From positions 1-34,077 of the forward strand of contig JAZAJI010000041.1 of assembly GCA_036230365.1 (NCBI GenBank): a DNA stretch of 34,077 bases, in the 5' to 3' direction. This document shows, in pieces, positions 1 through 10,698 of the stretch. Below the pieces are notes generated by a model. The model ran no database searches, was not told the DNA's origin, and saw nothing but the letters and a program-made list of their open reading frames with translations. This DNA comes from Pseudomonadota bacterium. Its GTDB lineage: Bacteria; Pseudomonadota; Alphaproteobacteria; MED-G09. The first letter of the stretch is position 1, and the number at the start of each line of letters is the position of its first letter. The position numbers were made by a program, and so were the translations under genes.

Positions 1-118
1 CACCTAATCTTAAAGCCGCACTTAGAAGAGTTTCACCTGACTCAACAGTGAATTCCTCATCATAGCCTTCTATTGATGCTGTAAAGTTTTTTTTATTTTT
101 TCTAAAAAAATTAATCAT
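1..118 (-). CDS. N-terminus of a 2Fe-2S ferredoxin/reductase (XylA-like monooxygenase electron-transfer component), runs off the window edge
   Basis: Manually translated from ATG at 118: MINFFRKNKKNFTASIEGYDEEFTVESGETLLSAALRLG. The 'F.V..GETLL.AALR.G' stretch is the typical start of a plant-type 2Fe-2S domain. It lies 10 nt downstream of the XylM-like gene, as in xylMA/cymAaAb. The Cys motifs are outside the window. Confidence 0.75.
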   Translation of the reverse strand, partial: MINFFRKNKKNFTASIEGYDEEFTVESGETLLSAALRLG

Positions 119-128
119 TTTTTAATCT

Positions 129-1250
129 TTATGTAGTAATTAACTTTTCATCAAAATGTTTAGTATTTTGGTAATAATCTTTAGCGATATTTCTTTCAGC
201 TTCAGAGGCTTGATTTTTATCCCAATTATCTAAATATTTTTGTGTATAAGCACGAAATAAAGGTGGCACCAAGGTTAATAAGAAAAGAGTGAAATAACCT
301 ATTTGATAATTTGGTGCACCTACTTCATCGAGCTCCCAAAAATAAGTCTCACCTCTTACATGATGATCACCTTGTCTACCAATCTCTATAAAAAACCAAC
401 TTGTAAAAAGGTTATCATTATCCCAAGAATGCCTATGTTCTACAGGTTTCCCATCTTCTCGGATTAAACCATAATGACCCATAAAGTTTAAAGCTTCCAA
501 TAAAAAATTAGAAAGACTCCATACAACAATGATAGAAATTATGCCAATAATTCCACCTGACCATGTAAAAAGAATTATACTTGGTAAACTGTACAAATAA
601 CCAAGTAACCATTTGTTGTTTAACGAGAAAAAAGACTTATTTTGTTTTTTTAACTTTTCTTTCTCCAAGTCAAAAGAAAATTTTGATTGACCTACGTGAG
701 ATAACCAAGTGTGCCAATACACATTTCTTCCTCTTGGGGCAGTAGCAGGATCATTCTCATGACCTAACTCTAAATGGTGTTGATATACATGCGCATAAGT
801 AAAATGTGCAGCTCCACTTAAGGCCATAATTGCCCTAGATATAGAAAAACCCTCTTTTTTATTATGAGATAATTCGTGGCCATAAATAATTCCAAGGCCA
901 GCCCATAAACCTGTCGAGATTACTGAGCCGATTATTGAACTAATTAAAATTTCATTAGTAGTCGTAAAAAAATATAGATTATAAGCTAAAGCGAATTGTA
1001 GTGTTATGAAAATTGGAAGCATTAAATACATCACTAGATATTGAAAAATTTTAATGCCGTATGAATTACCGCTGTTATCAAAATCTGCTCTCAAATGAAT
1101 ATTTTTTGTTAAAGTATCTAAGATTATATTAAGCCCAAATAGAAATACTCCAGTCCAGGCATAAATATCACCTAAAAATAGTCCAATTATCGTCAAGACT
1201 GTCATCACAGGAACAATCAAATAACGGACATTTACATAAAATGTTTTCAT
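129..1250 (-). CDS. Membrane-bound non-heme di-iron monooxygenase, AlkB/XylM/CymAa family
   Basis: Several TM segments plus His boxes HELSH, HVYQHH, NFMGHYG (HYG motif) and a variant last box RQGDHH. The N-terminus (RYLIVPV...) and C-terminus (PPLF...WD) resemble XylM. ATG at 1250 follows GGAG (1257-1260); the ORF track starts at 1262. Confidence 0.88.
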   Translation of the reverse strand: MKTFYVNVRYLIVPVMTVLTIIGLFLGDIYAWTGVFLFGLNIILDTLTKNIHLRADFDNSGNSYGIKIFQYLVMYLMLPIFITLQFALAYNLYFFTTTNEILISSIIGSVISTGLWAGLGIIYGHELSHNKKEGFSISRAIMALSGAAHFTYAHVYQHHLELGHENDPATAPRGRNVYWHTWLSHVGQSKFSFDLEKEKLKKQNKSFFSLNNKWLLGYLYSLPSIILFTWSGGIIGIISIIVVWSLSNFLLEALNFMGHYGLIREDGKPVEHRHSWDNDNLFTSWFFIEIGRQGDHHVRGETYFWELDEVGAPNYQIGYFTLFLLTLVPPLFRAYTQKYLDNWDKNQASEAERNIAKDYYQNTKHFDEKLITT

Positions 1251-1290
1251 GGAAAACTCCATCTTTTTTAGTTAAATCCTGGGAAAATTT

Positions 1291-1341
1291 TCCGTTTTAG
1301 CACTTTTTTTTAAATCGCGGCAATAGGATCAAATCACGATT
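1291..1341 (-). ncRNA. SAM-II (SAM-alpha) riboswitch aptamer
   Basis: Minus strand reads AATCGT-GATTT-GATCCTA-TTGC-C-GCGATT-TAAAAAAAAGT-GCTAAAA-CGGA. It has P1 (AAUCGU/GCGAUU), the conserved GAUUU loop, UUGC/GCUAA pseudoknot helix P2b, UCC/GGA helix P2a and an A-rich L3. Element order and spacing match the SAM-II pseudoknot as I recall it. Confidence 0.88.
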
Positions 1342-1397
1342 AAATAAAGATTAATAATAATTATTAGTTTTGTAAAGATTATATTAAAATAATTTAT

Positions 1398-2231
1398 ATG
1401 GATATTTCGTTTGAATTTTTTCCTCCTAATTCTTCTGAGGCCGAGAAAAAACTCTGGTCATCAATTAAGTTATTGGAACCATTGAATCCTAAGTTTGTAT
1501 CAGTAACTTATGGAGCTGGAGGGTCAACAAGGGAAAGAACTCATGATTGTGTAAGTAAAATTTTAAAAGAAACATCTTTAATACCTGCAGCACACTTAAC
1601 TTGTGTTAGCGCAACAAAGGATCAAACAGAAGAAATTATTGAAGATTATAAATATGCAGGCGTTAAACATATTGTCGCCTTAAGAGGCGATATGCCGGAT
1701 ATGAAAAAATTTAAACCTCACCCTGAAGGTTATAAATCTTCTATAGATCTTATAACAAGACTTAAAAAAGATAACTTTGATATTACTGTCAGTGCTTATC
1801 CTGAGAAACATCCAGATGCTGAATCTTTGGATAGTGACATTGATTTTCTCAAGAGAAAAATAGATGCAGGGGCTTCTTCTGCTATTACTCAGTTTTGTTT
1901 TGAAATTGATTATCTCCTCAATTTTAGGGATAAACTGAAAAAGGCAAATATAAATATTCCAATCATTCCAGGTATTATTCCTACAACTAATTTTACTGGT
2001 ATTAAGAAAATGGCCAATAAATGCGGTGCTTCTATACCTATATGGTTAGAAAATGCATACGAAGGATTAGAAAATAATTTAGAAGAAAGAAAAAAAATTT
2101 CTGAAGAGATTGCAATAGATTTTTCGATGAATATTAAAAAAAATGGATTTGAATCCATACACTTTTATACCCTTAATCAATCAGAACTAGCACTTTCTGT
2201 TTGTAAAAAACTCAACATTGGGTATTTATAA
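1398..2231 (+). CDS. metF: 5,10-methylenetetrahydrofolate reductase
   Basis: SFEFFPP, VSVTYGAGGSTR, AHLTCV, ALRGD, AYPEKHP, AITQF and HFYTLN motifs; directly upstream of metH. Confidence 0.97.
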   Translation: MDISFEFFPPNSSEAEKKLWSSIKLLEPLNPKFVSVTYGAGGSTRERTHDCVSKILKETSLIPAAHLTCVSATKDQTEEIIEDYKYAGVKHIVALRGDMPDMKKFKPHPEGYKSSIDLITRLKKDNFDITVSAYPEKHPDAESLDSDIDFLKRKIDAGASSAITQFCFEIDYLLNFRDKLKKANINIPIIPGIIPTTNFTGIKKMANKCGASIPIWLENAYEGLENNLEERKKISEEIAIDFSMNIKKNGFESIHFYTLNQSELALSVCKKLNIGYL

Positions 2232-2234
2232 TTT

Positions 2235-5200
2235 ATGAAATGGAATCATAAAAAGAGAATTAAAGAATTACCTAATTTATTAAAAAAGAAAATATTAATT
2301 CTTGATGGTGCAATGGGTACAATGATTCAAGAAGAAAGTCTTTCTGAAGAAGACTTTAGAGGTAAAAGATTTATAGATCACCCTACAGATCTATATGGTA
2401 ATAATGATATTTTATCAATAACTAGACCAGACTTGATTGCTAATATTCATAATCAATTTTTAATGGCCGGTAGTAATATTATTGAAACAAACTCATTCTC
2501 ATCAACAAAGATTTCTCAAAGTGATTATGGTTTAGAAGATTTATCATACGAATTAAATTTTGAAAGCGCTAGGATTGCAAGAAGAGAGTGTGATTTATTT
2601 GAGAAAAAGTTTCCTGAAGAACCAAAATATGTTGCTGGTGCACTTGGCCCTACTAATAAAACAGCATCTTTGTCTCCAGATGTTTCCGATCCTGGAAAGA
2701 GAGATATTACATATGATGAATTATTTGAAAGTTACTATGAATCTACCAAAGGTTTATCAGAAGGTGGTTCCGATATAATTCTTATAGAAACTATATTTGA
2801 TACATTAAATGCGAAAGCCGCAATTCATGCAGTTAATAATTATTTTGAAGATTCAAATTCTAAATTACCAATTATAATCTCAGGAACTATTACTGATAAA
2901 TCAGGAAGAACCCTATCTGGACAAACAACAGAGGCTTTTTGGAACTCTATTAGGCACGCAAATCCAATTGCAGTTGGTCTAAATTGTGCTTTAGGCGGAA
3001 AAGAAATGGAACCATATGTTGCTGAATTCTCTAGAATAGCTGATACATATATTTGTATTTATCCTAATGCCGGTCTTCCTAATGAATTTGGTGATTATGA
3101 TGAATCGCCAAATGATATGTCAAAAGTCTTAGATAATTTTGCTAAAGAAGGATACTTAAATATTATTGGAGGATGTTGTGGAACAACTCCAGTTCACATA
3201 AATGAAATATCTAAAGCTGTTTCAAATCATAAACCAAGAAAAATTCCCAAAATTAAAAAGTTAATGCGTCTTTCTGGGTTAGAACCTCTTAATTTAACCA
3301 AGGAAATTCCATTCGTGAATATTGGAGAAAGAACAAATATTACTGGATCATTAAAATTTAAAAAATTAATTACAGAAGAAAAATACTCTTCTGCTTTAAA
3401 TGTTGCAAGAGAGCAAGTTAATAATGGAGCCCAAATTATTGATATTAATATGGATGAAGGAATGTTGGACTCAAAATCAATAATGAAACACTTTTTGAAA
3501 ATGGCTTCCACCGAACCAGATATTGCAAGAGTTCCCTTTATGATAGATAGCTCAAATTGGGATGTTATCGAAGAAGGTCTTAAACATATTCAAGGGAAAG
3601 CTGTTGTTAATTCTATATCCCTTAAAGAAGGTGAAGATGAATTTTTAAGGCAAGCAAATTTATGTAAAAAATATGGTGCTTCAGTAATAGTAATGGCTTT
3701 TGATGAAGAAGGACAAGCGGATACAGAGGATCGAAAATTTGCAATATGCAAAAGAGCATATAATTTATTGACAAAAAAAATTAATTTTTCTGCTGAAGAT
3801 ATAATATTTGATCCAAATATTTTTGCTGTAGCAACAGGAATTGAAGAGCATAATGAATATGGATTAGCCTTTATAAATGCCACTAAAAGGATAAAAAAAG
3901 AGCTAAAAGGTGCTCATGTTTCTGGTGGAGTTTCTAATTTCTCATTCTCCTTTAGAGGTAATGATCATATTAGAGAATCCATGCATTCAATTTTCTTATT
4001 CCACGCTATAAAAAATGGTCTTGATATGGGGATAGTTAATTCTGGGCAATTAACAATATATGAAGATATTGAAAAAAAACTTAAGAAGTGTATTGAAGAT
4101 GTTCTCTTTAATAAAAAAAATGATGCTACTGAAAGTCTAATTCAATTAGCAGAAAAATATAAAGACAAAAAAAATGAAATTATTAAAACAACTGAAGAAT
4201 GGAGGAAAGAAGAAGTTGCCGAACGCTTAAAGTACTCACTGGTAAAAGGGATAAGTGAATTTATATGTGAAGATACTGAAGAGGCTAGAATCAAATTAGG
4301 CAGTCCTATTTCTGTTATTGAAGGACCATTAATGGATGGAATGAATCATATAGGTGATTTATTTGGCTCAGGAAAAATGTTTCTTCCCCAAGTAGTAAAG
4401 TCAGCCAGAGTAATGAAAGAATCAGTAGCTTATCTAGAGCCATTTATGGAAGAAGAGAATAAAAAAAGTGAGATTAAAAAAGAGGTAGGAAAAGTTTTAT
4501 TAGCAACTGTTAAAGGAGATGTTCATGATATTGGAAAAAACATAGTGAGCGTTATATTGCAGTGCAATAATTACGAAGTTATTGATCTTGGTGTCATGGT
4601 TCCATGTAATGAAATTCTAGAAAAAGCAAAACAAGAAAAAGTAGATATAATTGGTTTATCTGGACTAATTACACCTAGCCTTGATGAGATGTGTTTTGTT
4701 GCAAAAGAAATGGAAAAAAATAATTTCGATATTCCGCTTCTTATAGGCGGTGCCACTACAAGCAAAGTACACACTGCAGTTAGAATATCTGAAAACTATT
4801 CTAAGGGACAAACTGTTTATGTTCCAAATGCAAGTAAAGCTGTCGGTGTAGCGAGCAATCTCTTATCAAATGATAAAAAATTAAGTTTTATTTCTGAAAC
4901 AAAAAAAGAATATGAAAGCATAAGAACTAAACATAATAGTAAAAATAAAAAATCAAGACACCTATCTTTGGACGACGCAAGAAAAAATAGGTTTAAACAT
5001 AATTATACCTCTTACAAACCTACTAGGCCGTCATTTCTTGGTACAAAGATATTTAAAAATTATAAAATTGAAGACTTACGGAATTATATAGATTGGACTC
5101 CCTTTTTTAGATCATGGGATCTACATGGTAATTATCCAAAGATATTTAAAGATAAAAAAGTTGGAGAATCTGCAAATTCACTTTTTTTAGATGCAAATAA

Positions 5201-5942
5201 TTTACTAGATAAAATTATTAAGGAAAACCTCTTGGAGGCAAGAGCGGTTATTGGTTTTTGGCCTGCAAACAGTAATGATGATGATATATTAGTTTTCAAA
5301 GATGATAAAAGAGATGAAACAGTTAGTGTTTTTCAAACTATCCGGCAACAAACTCTTCATTCAAAAGAAAGACCTAATTTTTCCTTATCAGATTTTATTG
5401 CCCCATATTCAAAAAACAATAATGTCGAAGATTATATAGGTGGTTTTGCATTAACTTGTGGAATTGGAGAGAGTGATTTATCAAATAAATTCAAAAATAA
5501 TGGTGACGATTATAATTCAATTATGACAAAGGCTATAGCAGATAGGTTGGTCGAGGCTTTTGCAGAAAAAATGCATGAACAAGTAAGAAAAGAATTCTGG
5601 GGATACTCGCCTAATGAAAACTTTACAAACGAACAGCTTATAAATGAATCATATATAGGTATAAGACCTGCGCATGGATATCCAGCTCAACCAGATCATA
5701 CTGAAAAAGAAAAATTATTTAAAATATTAGATGCTGAAGAAAACATAGGGATACATTTAACAGAAAGTTATGCTATGTCACCTGGAGCATCAATTTCAGG
5801 GTTATATTTTAGTCATCCAAAAAGTTCTTATTTTGGCGTAGGAAGAATAAATAAAGATCAAGTTGAGGATTATGCCAGAAGAAAATCTATATCATTATCA
5901 GAATGTGAAAAATGGCTACTGCCAATTTTGAATTACAAATGA
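2235..5942 (+). CDS. metH: Cobalamin-dependent methionine synthase
   Basis: 1235 aa with [16 protein letters not shown] (Zn/Hcy site), IGERTN pterin-binding domain, [13 protein letters not shown]12-binding motif and C-terminal [12 protein letters not shown] reactivation domain. Confidence 0.98.
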   Translation: MKWNHKKRIKELPNLLKKKILILDGAMGTMIQEESLSEEDFRGKRFIDHPTDLYGNNDILSITRPDLIANIHNQFLMAGSNIIETNSFSSTKISQSDYGLEDLSYELNFESARIARRECDLFEKKFPEEPKYVAGALGPTNKTASLSPDVSDPGKRDITYDELFESYYESTKGLSEGGSDIILIETIFDTLNAKAAIHAVNNYFEDSNSKLPIIISGTITDKSGRTLSGQTTEAFWNSIRHANPIAVGLNCALGGKEMEPYVAEFSRIADTYICIYPNAGLPNEFGDYDESPNDMSKVLDNFAKEGYLNIIGGCCGTTPVHINEISKAVSNHKPRKIPKIKKLMRLSGLEPLNLTKEIPFVNIGERTNITGSLKFKKLITEEKYSSALNVAREQVNNGAQIIDINMDEGMLDSKSIMKHFLKMASTEPDIARVPFMIDSSNWDVIEEGLKHIQGKAVVNSISLKEGEDEFLRQANLCKKYGASVIVMAFDEEGQADTEDRKFAICKRAYNLLTKKINFSAEDIIFDPNIFAVATGIEEHNEYGLAFINATKRIKKELKGAHVSGGVSNFSFSFRGNDHIRESMHSIFLFHAIKNGLDMGIVNSGQLTIYEDIEKKLKKCIEDVLFNKKNDATESLIQLAEKYKDKKNEIIKTTEEWRKEEVAERLKYSLVKGISEFICEDTEEARIKLGSPISVIEGPLMDGMNHIGDLFGSGKMFLPQVVKSARVMKESVAYLEPFMEEENKKSEIKKEVGKVLLATVKGDVHDIGKNIVSVILQCNNYEVIDLGVMVPCNEILEKAKQEKVDIIGLSGLITPSLDEMCFVAKEMEKNNFDIPLLIGGATTSKVHTAVRISENYSKGQTVYVPNASKAVGVASNLLSNDKKLSFISETKKEYESIRTKHNSKNKKSRHLSLDDARKNRFKHNYTSYKPTRPSFLGTKIFKNYKIEDLRNYIDWTPFFRSWDLHGNYPKIFKDKKVGESANSLFLDANNLLDKIIKENLLEARAVIGFWPANSNDDDILVFKDDKRDETVSVFQTIRQQTLHSKERPNFSLSDFIAPYSKNNNVEDYIGGFALTCGIGESDLSNKFKNNGDDYNSIMTKAIADRLVEAFAEKMHEQVRKEFWGYSPNENFTNEQLINESYIGIRPAHGYPAQPDHTEKEKLFKILDAEENIGIHLTESYAMSPGASISGLYFSHPKSSYFGVGRINKDQVEDYARRKSISLSECEKWLLPILNYK

Positions 5943-7033
5943 AAATTAGTTTCACCATAAAAATATTTCTTTTTACTTCTGTTCTTATTTTAAATTCATG
6001 CGGAACCCCTACAACAGTTATAAAAAGAGGGCAAATAGAAGAAATAGATAAAGAAAGAATAATTATGCAAGGAATTGCTCTAAATACTTATTATAAAAGA
6101 TTAGAGAGAATAAATAATTTAGCTTATCCTTTACTTTTAGAATCAATAGATTTTTGTAAAAATAATATAAAATATGACCTTGGAATAAAGACGATTTCTT
6201 TAAATCAAATAGATAAAAGGTTTCAAAATGCTGCTTCTGATAAACTTTTTATAACAGAAGAACAAAAAGTATTATTCGTAATCAAAGATTCGCCAGGATA
6301 TATCGCTGGAATACGATCAGGAGACATAATAAAAACTCTTTCTTCTAAATCATTTAAATGGGTTAATGATGATATCTTTCTTAATAATGAAAGGAAAAAT
6401 TATTCTAAAGAAAAGGTAGAAATAACAATTAAAAGAAAAAATTTAATAGATGCCAATAATACTAGTACAATTGATAAAATATTAACCTTTAATATTAAAC
6501 CTAATGCTATATGTGGTTATGGCGTATTTTTAGTACAAGATGACTCTTTAAATGCTTACGCAGATGGTAAAAACTTATATGTAACTCAAGGAATGTTAAG
6601 ATTTATCGATGAGGATAAAGAATTACAATTTATTCTAGCTCATGAATTAGCTCACAATACTGAAGGTCACATTAGTAAAAGAACTAATAATTCTATTTTA
6701 GGCACAATACTTGATATCGCAGCTGCAGGAGCAGGTATTGATACAAGAGGGAGTTTTGGCGCAATTGGAGCTCAAATGTACTCACAAGATTTCGAAAGAG
6801 AAGCAGATTATGTAGGTCTATATATTCTTGCAAAATCTAAAATTGAATCTACTAATATTGAAAATTTTTGGAGAAAACTTGCTGCGGAAAGCCCGGGATC
6901 AACCATTAATTACAATTCATCTCACCCAACATCTCCCGAAAGATGGGCAAATATAAAAGAAACACAAAAAGAAATTAGGTATAAAGAAGAAAATGGAATA
7001 GACCTTAAGCCTGAAAGAGTAAAAAATAACTAA
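5939..7033 (+). CDS. M48-family zinc metallopeptidase with PDZ-like domain, probable lipoprotein
   Basis: [17 protein letters not shown] and SHP motifs. The '[14 protein letters not shown]' segment is PDZ-like and there is a lipobox-like LNSC. Start ATG 5939 overlaps the metH stop (ATGA); the ORF track starts at 5912. Confidence 0.85.
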   Translation: MKISFTIKIFLFTSVLILNSCGTPTTVIKRGQIEEIDKERIIMQGIALNTYYKRLERINNLAYPLLLESIDFCKNNIKYDLGIKTISLNQIDKRFQNAASDKLFITEEQKVLFVIKDSPGYIAGIRSGDIIKTLSSKSFKWVNDDIFLNNERKNYSKEKVEITIKRKNLIDANNTSTIDKILTFNIKPNAICGYGVFLVQDDSLNAYADGKNLYVTQGMLRFIDEDKELQFILAHELAHNTEGHISKRTNNSILGTILDIAAAGAGIDTRGSFGAIGAQMYSQDFEREADYVGLYILAKSKIESTNIENFWRKLAAESPGSTINYNSSHPTSPERWANIKETQKEIRYKEENGIDLKPERVKNN

Positions 7034-8188
7034 ATGATTAAGAATATAAATAATTGTCATAACACTGAAGATTTTAGGAATCTTGCAAAAAAAAGACTGC
7101 CTTATCCTATTTTTCATTATATCGATGGAGCTGCAGATGATGAAGTTACCTTAAGAAGGAATACTGAAGCATATGAAAGGGTTGATTTAGTTCCAAATGT
7201 TTTAAAAGGTGTAGAAGAAGTAGATATAACAACAGAGATTATGGGGAAGAAAATTAATTCTCCATTATTTTTTTCTCCAACCGCGCTTCAAAGGTTATTT
7301 CATCACGAAGGTGAAATAGCCGTAGCTAAAGCAGCAGAAAAAAATAATACTTTTTTTGGAATATCATCTTTAGCGACTGTTAGTATGGAAGAAATAGATA
7401 ATAAATTTTCTTGTCCAAAATTATTTCAAATGTATATCCATAAAGATAAAGGCCTTAATGATAGCATGATTGATAAATGTAAAACTTACAATTTTGATGC
7501 TATAGCAATCACCCTTGATACAATTGTTGGAGGAAATCGAGAAAGAGACCTAAAAACTGGTTTTACATCACCTCCAAAAATAGATTTAAAAAGTTTCTTA
7601 AGTTTTGCATCTCATCCAAATTGGACATTTAATTATTTATTTAGAAAAAAATTTGAATTACCTCAGTTGCAAGATTTTGTTAAAGAAGGAACAGGAATAA
7701 ATATCTCTATTGGAGATTATTTTACTACAATGCTTGATCAAAGCATTACGTGGGATGATATTGCCGACATAAAAAAGAAATGGGAAGGTCATCTATGCCT
7801 AAAGGGAATAATGTCTGTTGAAGATGCAAAAAAGGCTATTGATGTTGGCGCCACAACTATAATGGTTTCAAATCACGGAGGTAGACAATTAGATGGATCA
7901 AGATCTCCATTTGATCAACTTGAAGAAATTGTTGATGAAGTCGGTGATCAGGTAGATGTTATTTGTGACGGAGGTATAAGAAGAGGAACACATATATTAA
8001 AAGCTCTATCAGTAGGTGCAAAGGCTTGCTCTGGAGGAAGATTATATTTATATGCTCTTGCTTGTGGAGGTCACAAAGGAGTAGAAAGAGCTTACAATCT
8101 TATAGAAGAGGAAATAATCCGAGATATGAAATTAATGGGTTGTAACTCAATTAAGGAGCTTAATAGAAATAATTTACGTTACAGATAA
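7034..8188 (+). CDS. lldD: FMN-dependent alpha-hydroxy acid dehydrogenase (L-lactate dehydrogenase/glycolate oxidase family)
   Basis: YIDGAADDEVT, GNRERD, LKGI, SNHGGRQLD and DGGIRRG motifs. The substrate cannot be fixed from sequence. Confidence 0.85.
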   Translation: MIKNINNCHNTEDFRNLAKKRLPYPIFHYIDGAADDEVTLRRNTEAYERVDLVPNVLKGVEEVDITTEIMGKKINSPLFFSPTALQRLFHHEGEIAVAKAAEKNNTFFGISSLATVSMEEIDNKFSCPKLFQMYIHKDKGLNDSMIDKCKTYNFDAIAITLDTIVGGNRERDLKTGFTSPPKIDLKSFLSFASHPNWTFNYLFRKKFELPQLQDFVKEGTGINISIGDYFTTMLDQSITWDDIADIKKKWEGHLCLKGIMSVEDAKKAIDVGATTIMVSNHGGRQLDGSRSPFDQLEEIVDEVGDQVDVICDGGIRRGTHILKALSVGAKACSGGRLYLYALACGGHKGVERAYNLIEEEIIRDMKLMGCNSIKELNRNNLRYR

Positions 8189-8225
8189 TCTTTTTATTTT
8201 TAATAAAATAGTATAATAGGAATAC

Positions 8226-8609
8226 ATGAAGTTAATTATAAACATATTGTGTTATTTAGTTGGTTTAATCTGGCTAGCCGCAGGTCTATCTGGGATAATT
8301 GACCCCTTATACACATTTACTGAAAGCCCTTATGCAAGTCTTCACGTCCAAGTTACTGGTGATTTAGGTACAAGCGATATGAGAGCCTTTGGCGGTTTAT
8401 TAACTGCTTTAGGATTAGGAATTCTATATGCTACACAAAATTCTTCAGGAAAAAGAAGTTGGTTTTCAGCTTTTGCATTTTTAATGTTGGGTTTAGCTCT
8501 TGGAAGAACAATAAGTCTATATATGGAAGGGCCTGACCAAACATTAATAATTTTTGCAGTGGTAGAATATTCAATAGCCTTAATTCTTTTCTTAAAATCA
8601 AGATATTAA
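8226..8609 (+). CDS. Small 4-TM membrane protein (DUF4345-like)
   Basis: Four hydrophobic helices with 'SDMRAFGG' and 'LGRTISLYMEG' patterns; AGGA before the ATG. Confidence 0.7.
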   Translation: MKLIINILCYLVGLIWLAAGLSGIIDPLYTFTESPYASLHVQVTGDLGTSDMRAFGGLLTALGLGILYATQNSSGKRSWFSAFAFLMLGLALGRTISLYMEGPDQTLIIFAVVEYSIALILFLKSRY

Positions 8610-9406
8610 TATTTAAAAAAATTAATAATATCATCCCATGCTTGAGGAGACTCAAGAAAAAAAGCATGGCCCCCTTTATAAAATTTTTTCTCAGAATTAA
8701 TTATAAGATTATTTAAAATATCAATATTGTCCTTGGGGGCAATGCCATCAAAAAGACCTCCTGCTATAAAAGTTGAACATTTTATTTTTTTAAGATTCAT
8801 ACATGTATCGTGATTTTTTCTTGCCTCTAATTGTAATAGTTTTCCATTCTTTTTTTGTTGACCTGAACCTCTCATATAATTCTTAATCTGATTAACAGTA
8901 GACTCATATAACTCTGGATTAGCTTTTATAAATTCTCCATTTATTCTTGTATCAGATATTGAAACAAATTTTTTTGCGTATTCATTATCATCTGTAATAC
9001 TTTCAAGCTCATGTAGCGGATAAGAGTGATAATCCTTTCCTCCTGGTGATGTACATAAAAGTGCTAATTTTTTTACTTTATCTGGAAATTCAATAGCTAA
9101 GTGTTGCGCAACCATCCCACCAAAGCTTACTCCTATAACATTAGTTTCTTCCCAGCCTAATTCTTCTAAAAGACTGAAAGCATCATCAGCATAATCTTTC
9201 ATTGTATATGGTCCTTTAGGTATCTCACTTTGACCCAATCCTCTTTGATCGAATGCTAATAAACAAAAATTATCTTTTAAATTATTATCGAAAGCATTTG
9301 GTGAAAATCTTAGATCTCCTCCAGTCCCAGATATAAAGAGAAGATTATCTCCTTCTCCTTTCATTTCGTAATAAATTTTTATTCTATCGGTTTGAAGGTG
9401 TGGCAA
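8606..9406 (-). CDS. Alpha/beta-fold hydrolase (enol-lactone hydrolase-like)
   Basis: FDQRGLGQS, nucleophile elbow GVSFGG, Asp in GLFDGI and His in GGHAF. TTG start 3 nt after the Rieske gene stop. Confidence 0.88.
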   Translation of the reverse strand: MPHLQTDRIKIYYEMKGEGDNLLFISGTGGDLRFSPNAFDNNLKDNFCLLAFDQRGLGQSEIPKGPYTMKDYADDAFSLLEELGWEETNVIGVSFGGMVAQHLAIEFPDKVKKLALLCTSPGGKDYHSYPLHELESITDDNEYAKKFVSISDTRINGEFIKANPELYESTVNQIKNYMRGSGQQKKNGKLLQLEARKNHDTCMNLKKIKCSTFIAGGLFDGIAPKDNIDILNNLIINSEKKFYKGGHAFFLESPQAWDDIINFFKY

Positions 9407-9409
9407 AAA

Positions 9410-10678
9410 TTACTTCTCAATAAAAGGTGATAAAATATCTTCAGCAACAATTTCTTTTTTAATATTATCACGACCAACCCAATCATCTACAGTTTGATGA
9501 TAATAATAAATTCGTCTTTCTTGATAATTTAATGGCATTTTACTAAATACACCTGAATCATGAGATTTTTGCATGGGTTCAAGATTCTTGAAGTCTTCTT
9601 CCATAATAGAATGAAAAGAAGTTTCCTGATCTACCCAATATTGCGGTTTTTCCTTTCCATCCCATTTTGGGCCTAATTGCATATATTCAATTTCTGTTTC
9701 CCTTAAACTTTTTGGCCAGAACAAGATTGCAACATAGCCAGATGTGTCAGTGGGTGTAATGAAATTTGGAAATAAAGCATAAGCAACATTTGTTTCAGCA
9801 TGAATGCTATCACAGGTTTCAATATAAGGAACAAAATCTTGCCCTTCTGCGCCTAACATACCTCCATCGAGATTCATTCTTTTAGGAGTAACCATTCTTG
9901 AATGACCATTTTTTAATAACCCGGCAGCCATCCCATTACCATCAAGTAAAATATTAACGGTATCTTTATGAATGGTTGGTGAATGATAAACCTCCATAAA
10001 TGCATCTAAACAAGTCTTCCAGTTTGCTTTGACATCAGTACTGTGTTTCCAAATTGTAGCTAATTCTGATCCTCTAAAACATTCCATTTCTGAAGCTACT
10101 GGATTAATAAAATCAATTAAATCCATTGGCTTTTCTTCTGACAGGGAAACAAAAATCCATCCATCCCAAGTATCACAATGAACCTTTTTCAAACCTCTGC
10201 AAGAAAGATCAAGGTTTAAGAAATCTCTTTCATCAGGCACTCTTATAAGCGAACCATCTAAGTCGTATGCCCAACTGTGATATTGGCATTTTAATAATTT
10301 CGCATTTCCTTCTTTTTCCCTTACAACAGGTGCGCCTCTATGAGAACAAGTATTATAAAAAGCTTTTAAACTTTTATTTTTTTGCCTTACAACAACTATA
10401 TCTCTTTGAAGTTTATCAAATATCTTAAAATCGCCTGGATTCGGTATTTCGTCTTCTCTAAAAATCATTAACCATGACTTTAAGAAAATATTACTAAATT
10501 CTAATTCAAAAAATTCTTCGTCGGTATATCTCTTTCCTGACAAATCAGGTATTTGAGGAAAACCATCTGGATACGAATTTCTTTTATACTCAAATTCTAT
10601 ATTTTTCCTAATTTCTTTTATTTTATCAGGATGCATAAAACTATCCCCCATCACGAGCATATTACTAATCAATTTCAC
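9410..10678 (-). CDS. Rieske non-heme iron oxygenase alpha subunit
   Basis: Rieske CSH...CQYH motif, NWK, mononuclear Fe ligands YHSPTIH and ED. Exact start uncertain (GTG 10678 or a downstream ATG). Confidence 0.92.
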   Translation of the reverse strand: MKLISNMLVMGDSFMHPDKIKEIRKNIEFEYKRNSYPDGFPQIPDLSGKRYTDEEFFELEFSNIFLKSWLMIFREDEIPNPGDFKIFDKLQRDIVVVRQKNKSLKAFYNTCSHRGAPVVREKEGNAKLLKCQYHSWAYDLDGSLIRVPDERDFLNLDLSCRGLKKVHCDTWDGWIFVSLSEEKPMDLIDFINPVASEMECFRGSELATIWKHSTDVKANWKTCLDAFMEVYHSPTIHKDTVNILLDGNGMAAGLLKNGHSRMVTPKRMNLDGGMLGAEGQDFVPYIETCDSIHAETNVAYALFPNFITPTDTSGYVAILFWPKSLRETEIEYMQLGPKWDGKEKPQYWVDQETSFHSIMEEDFKNLEPMQKSHDSGVFSKMPLNYQERRIYYYHQTVDDWVGRDNIKKEIVAEDILSPFIEK

Positions 10679-10698
10679 ATTTTCAAGAATTAGTTAAT

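Noticed and set aside
1261-1290. Possible tandem SAM-V aptamer (GATTTAA...ACTAAA on the minus strand)
   Set aside because: Too short, and it lacks P1 and the UUG(C/U) strand.
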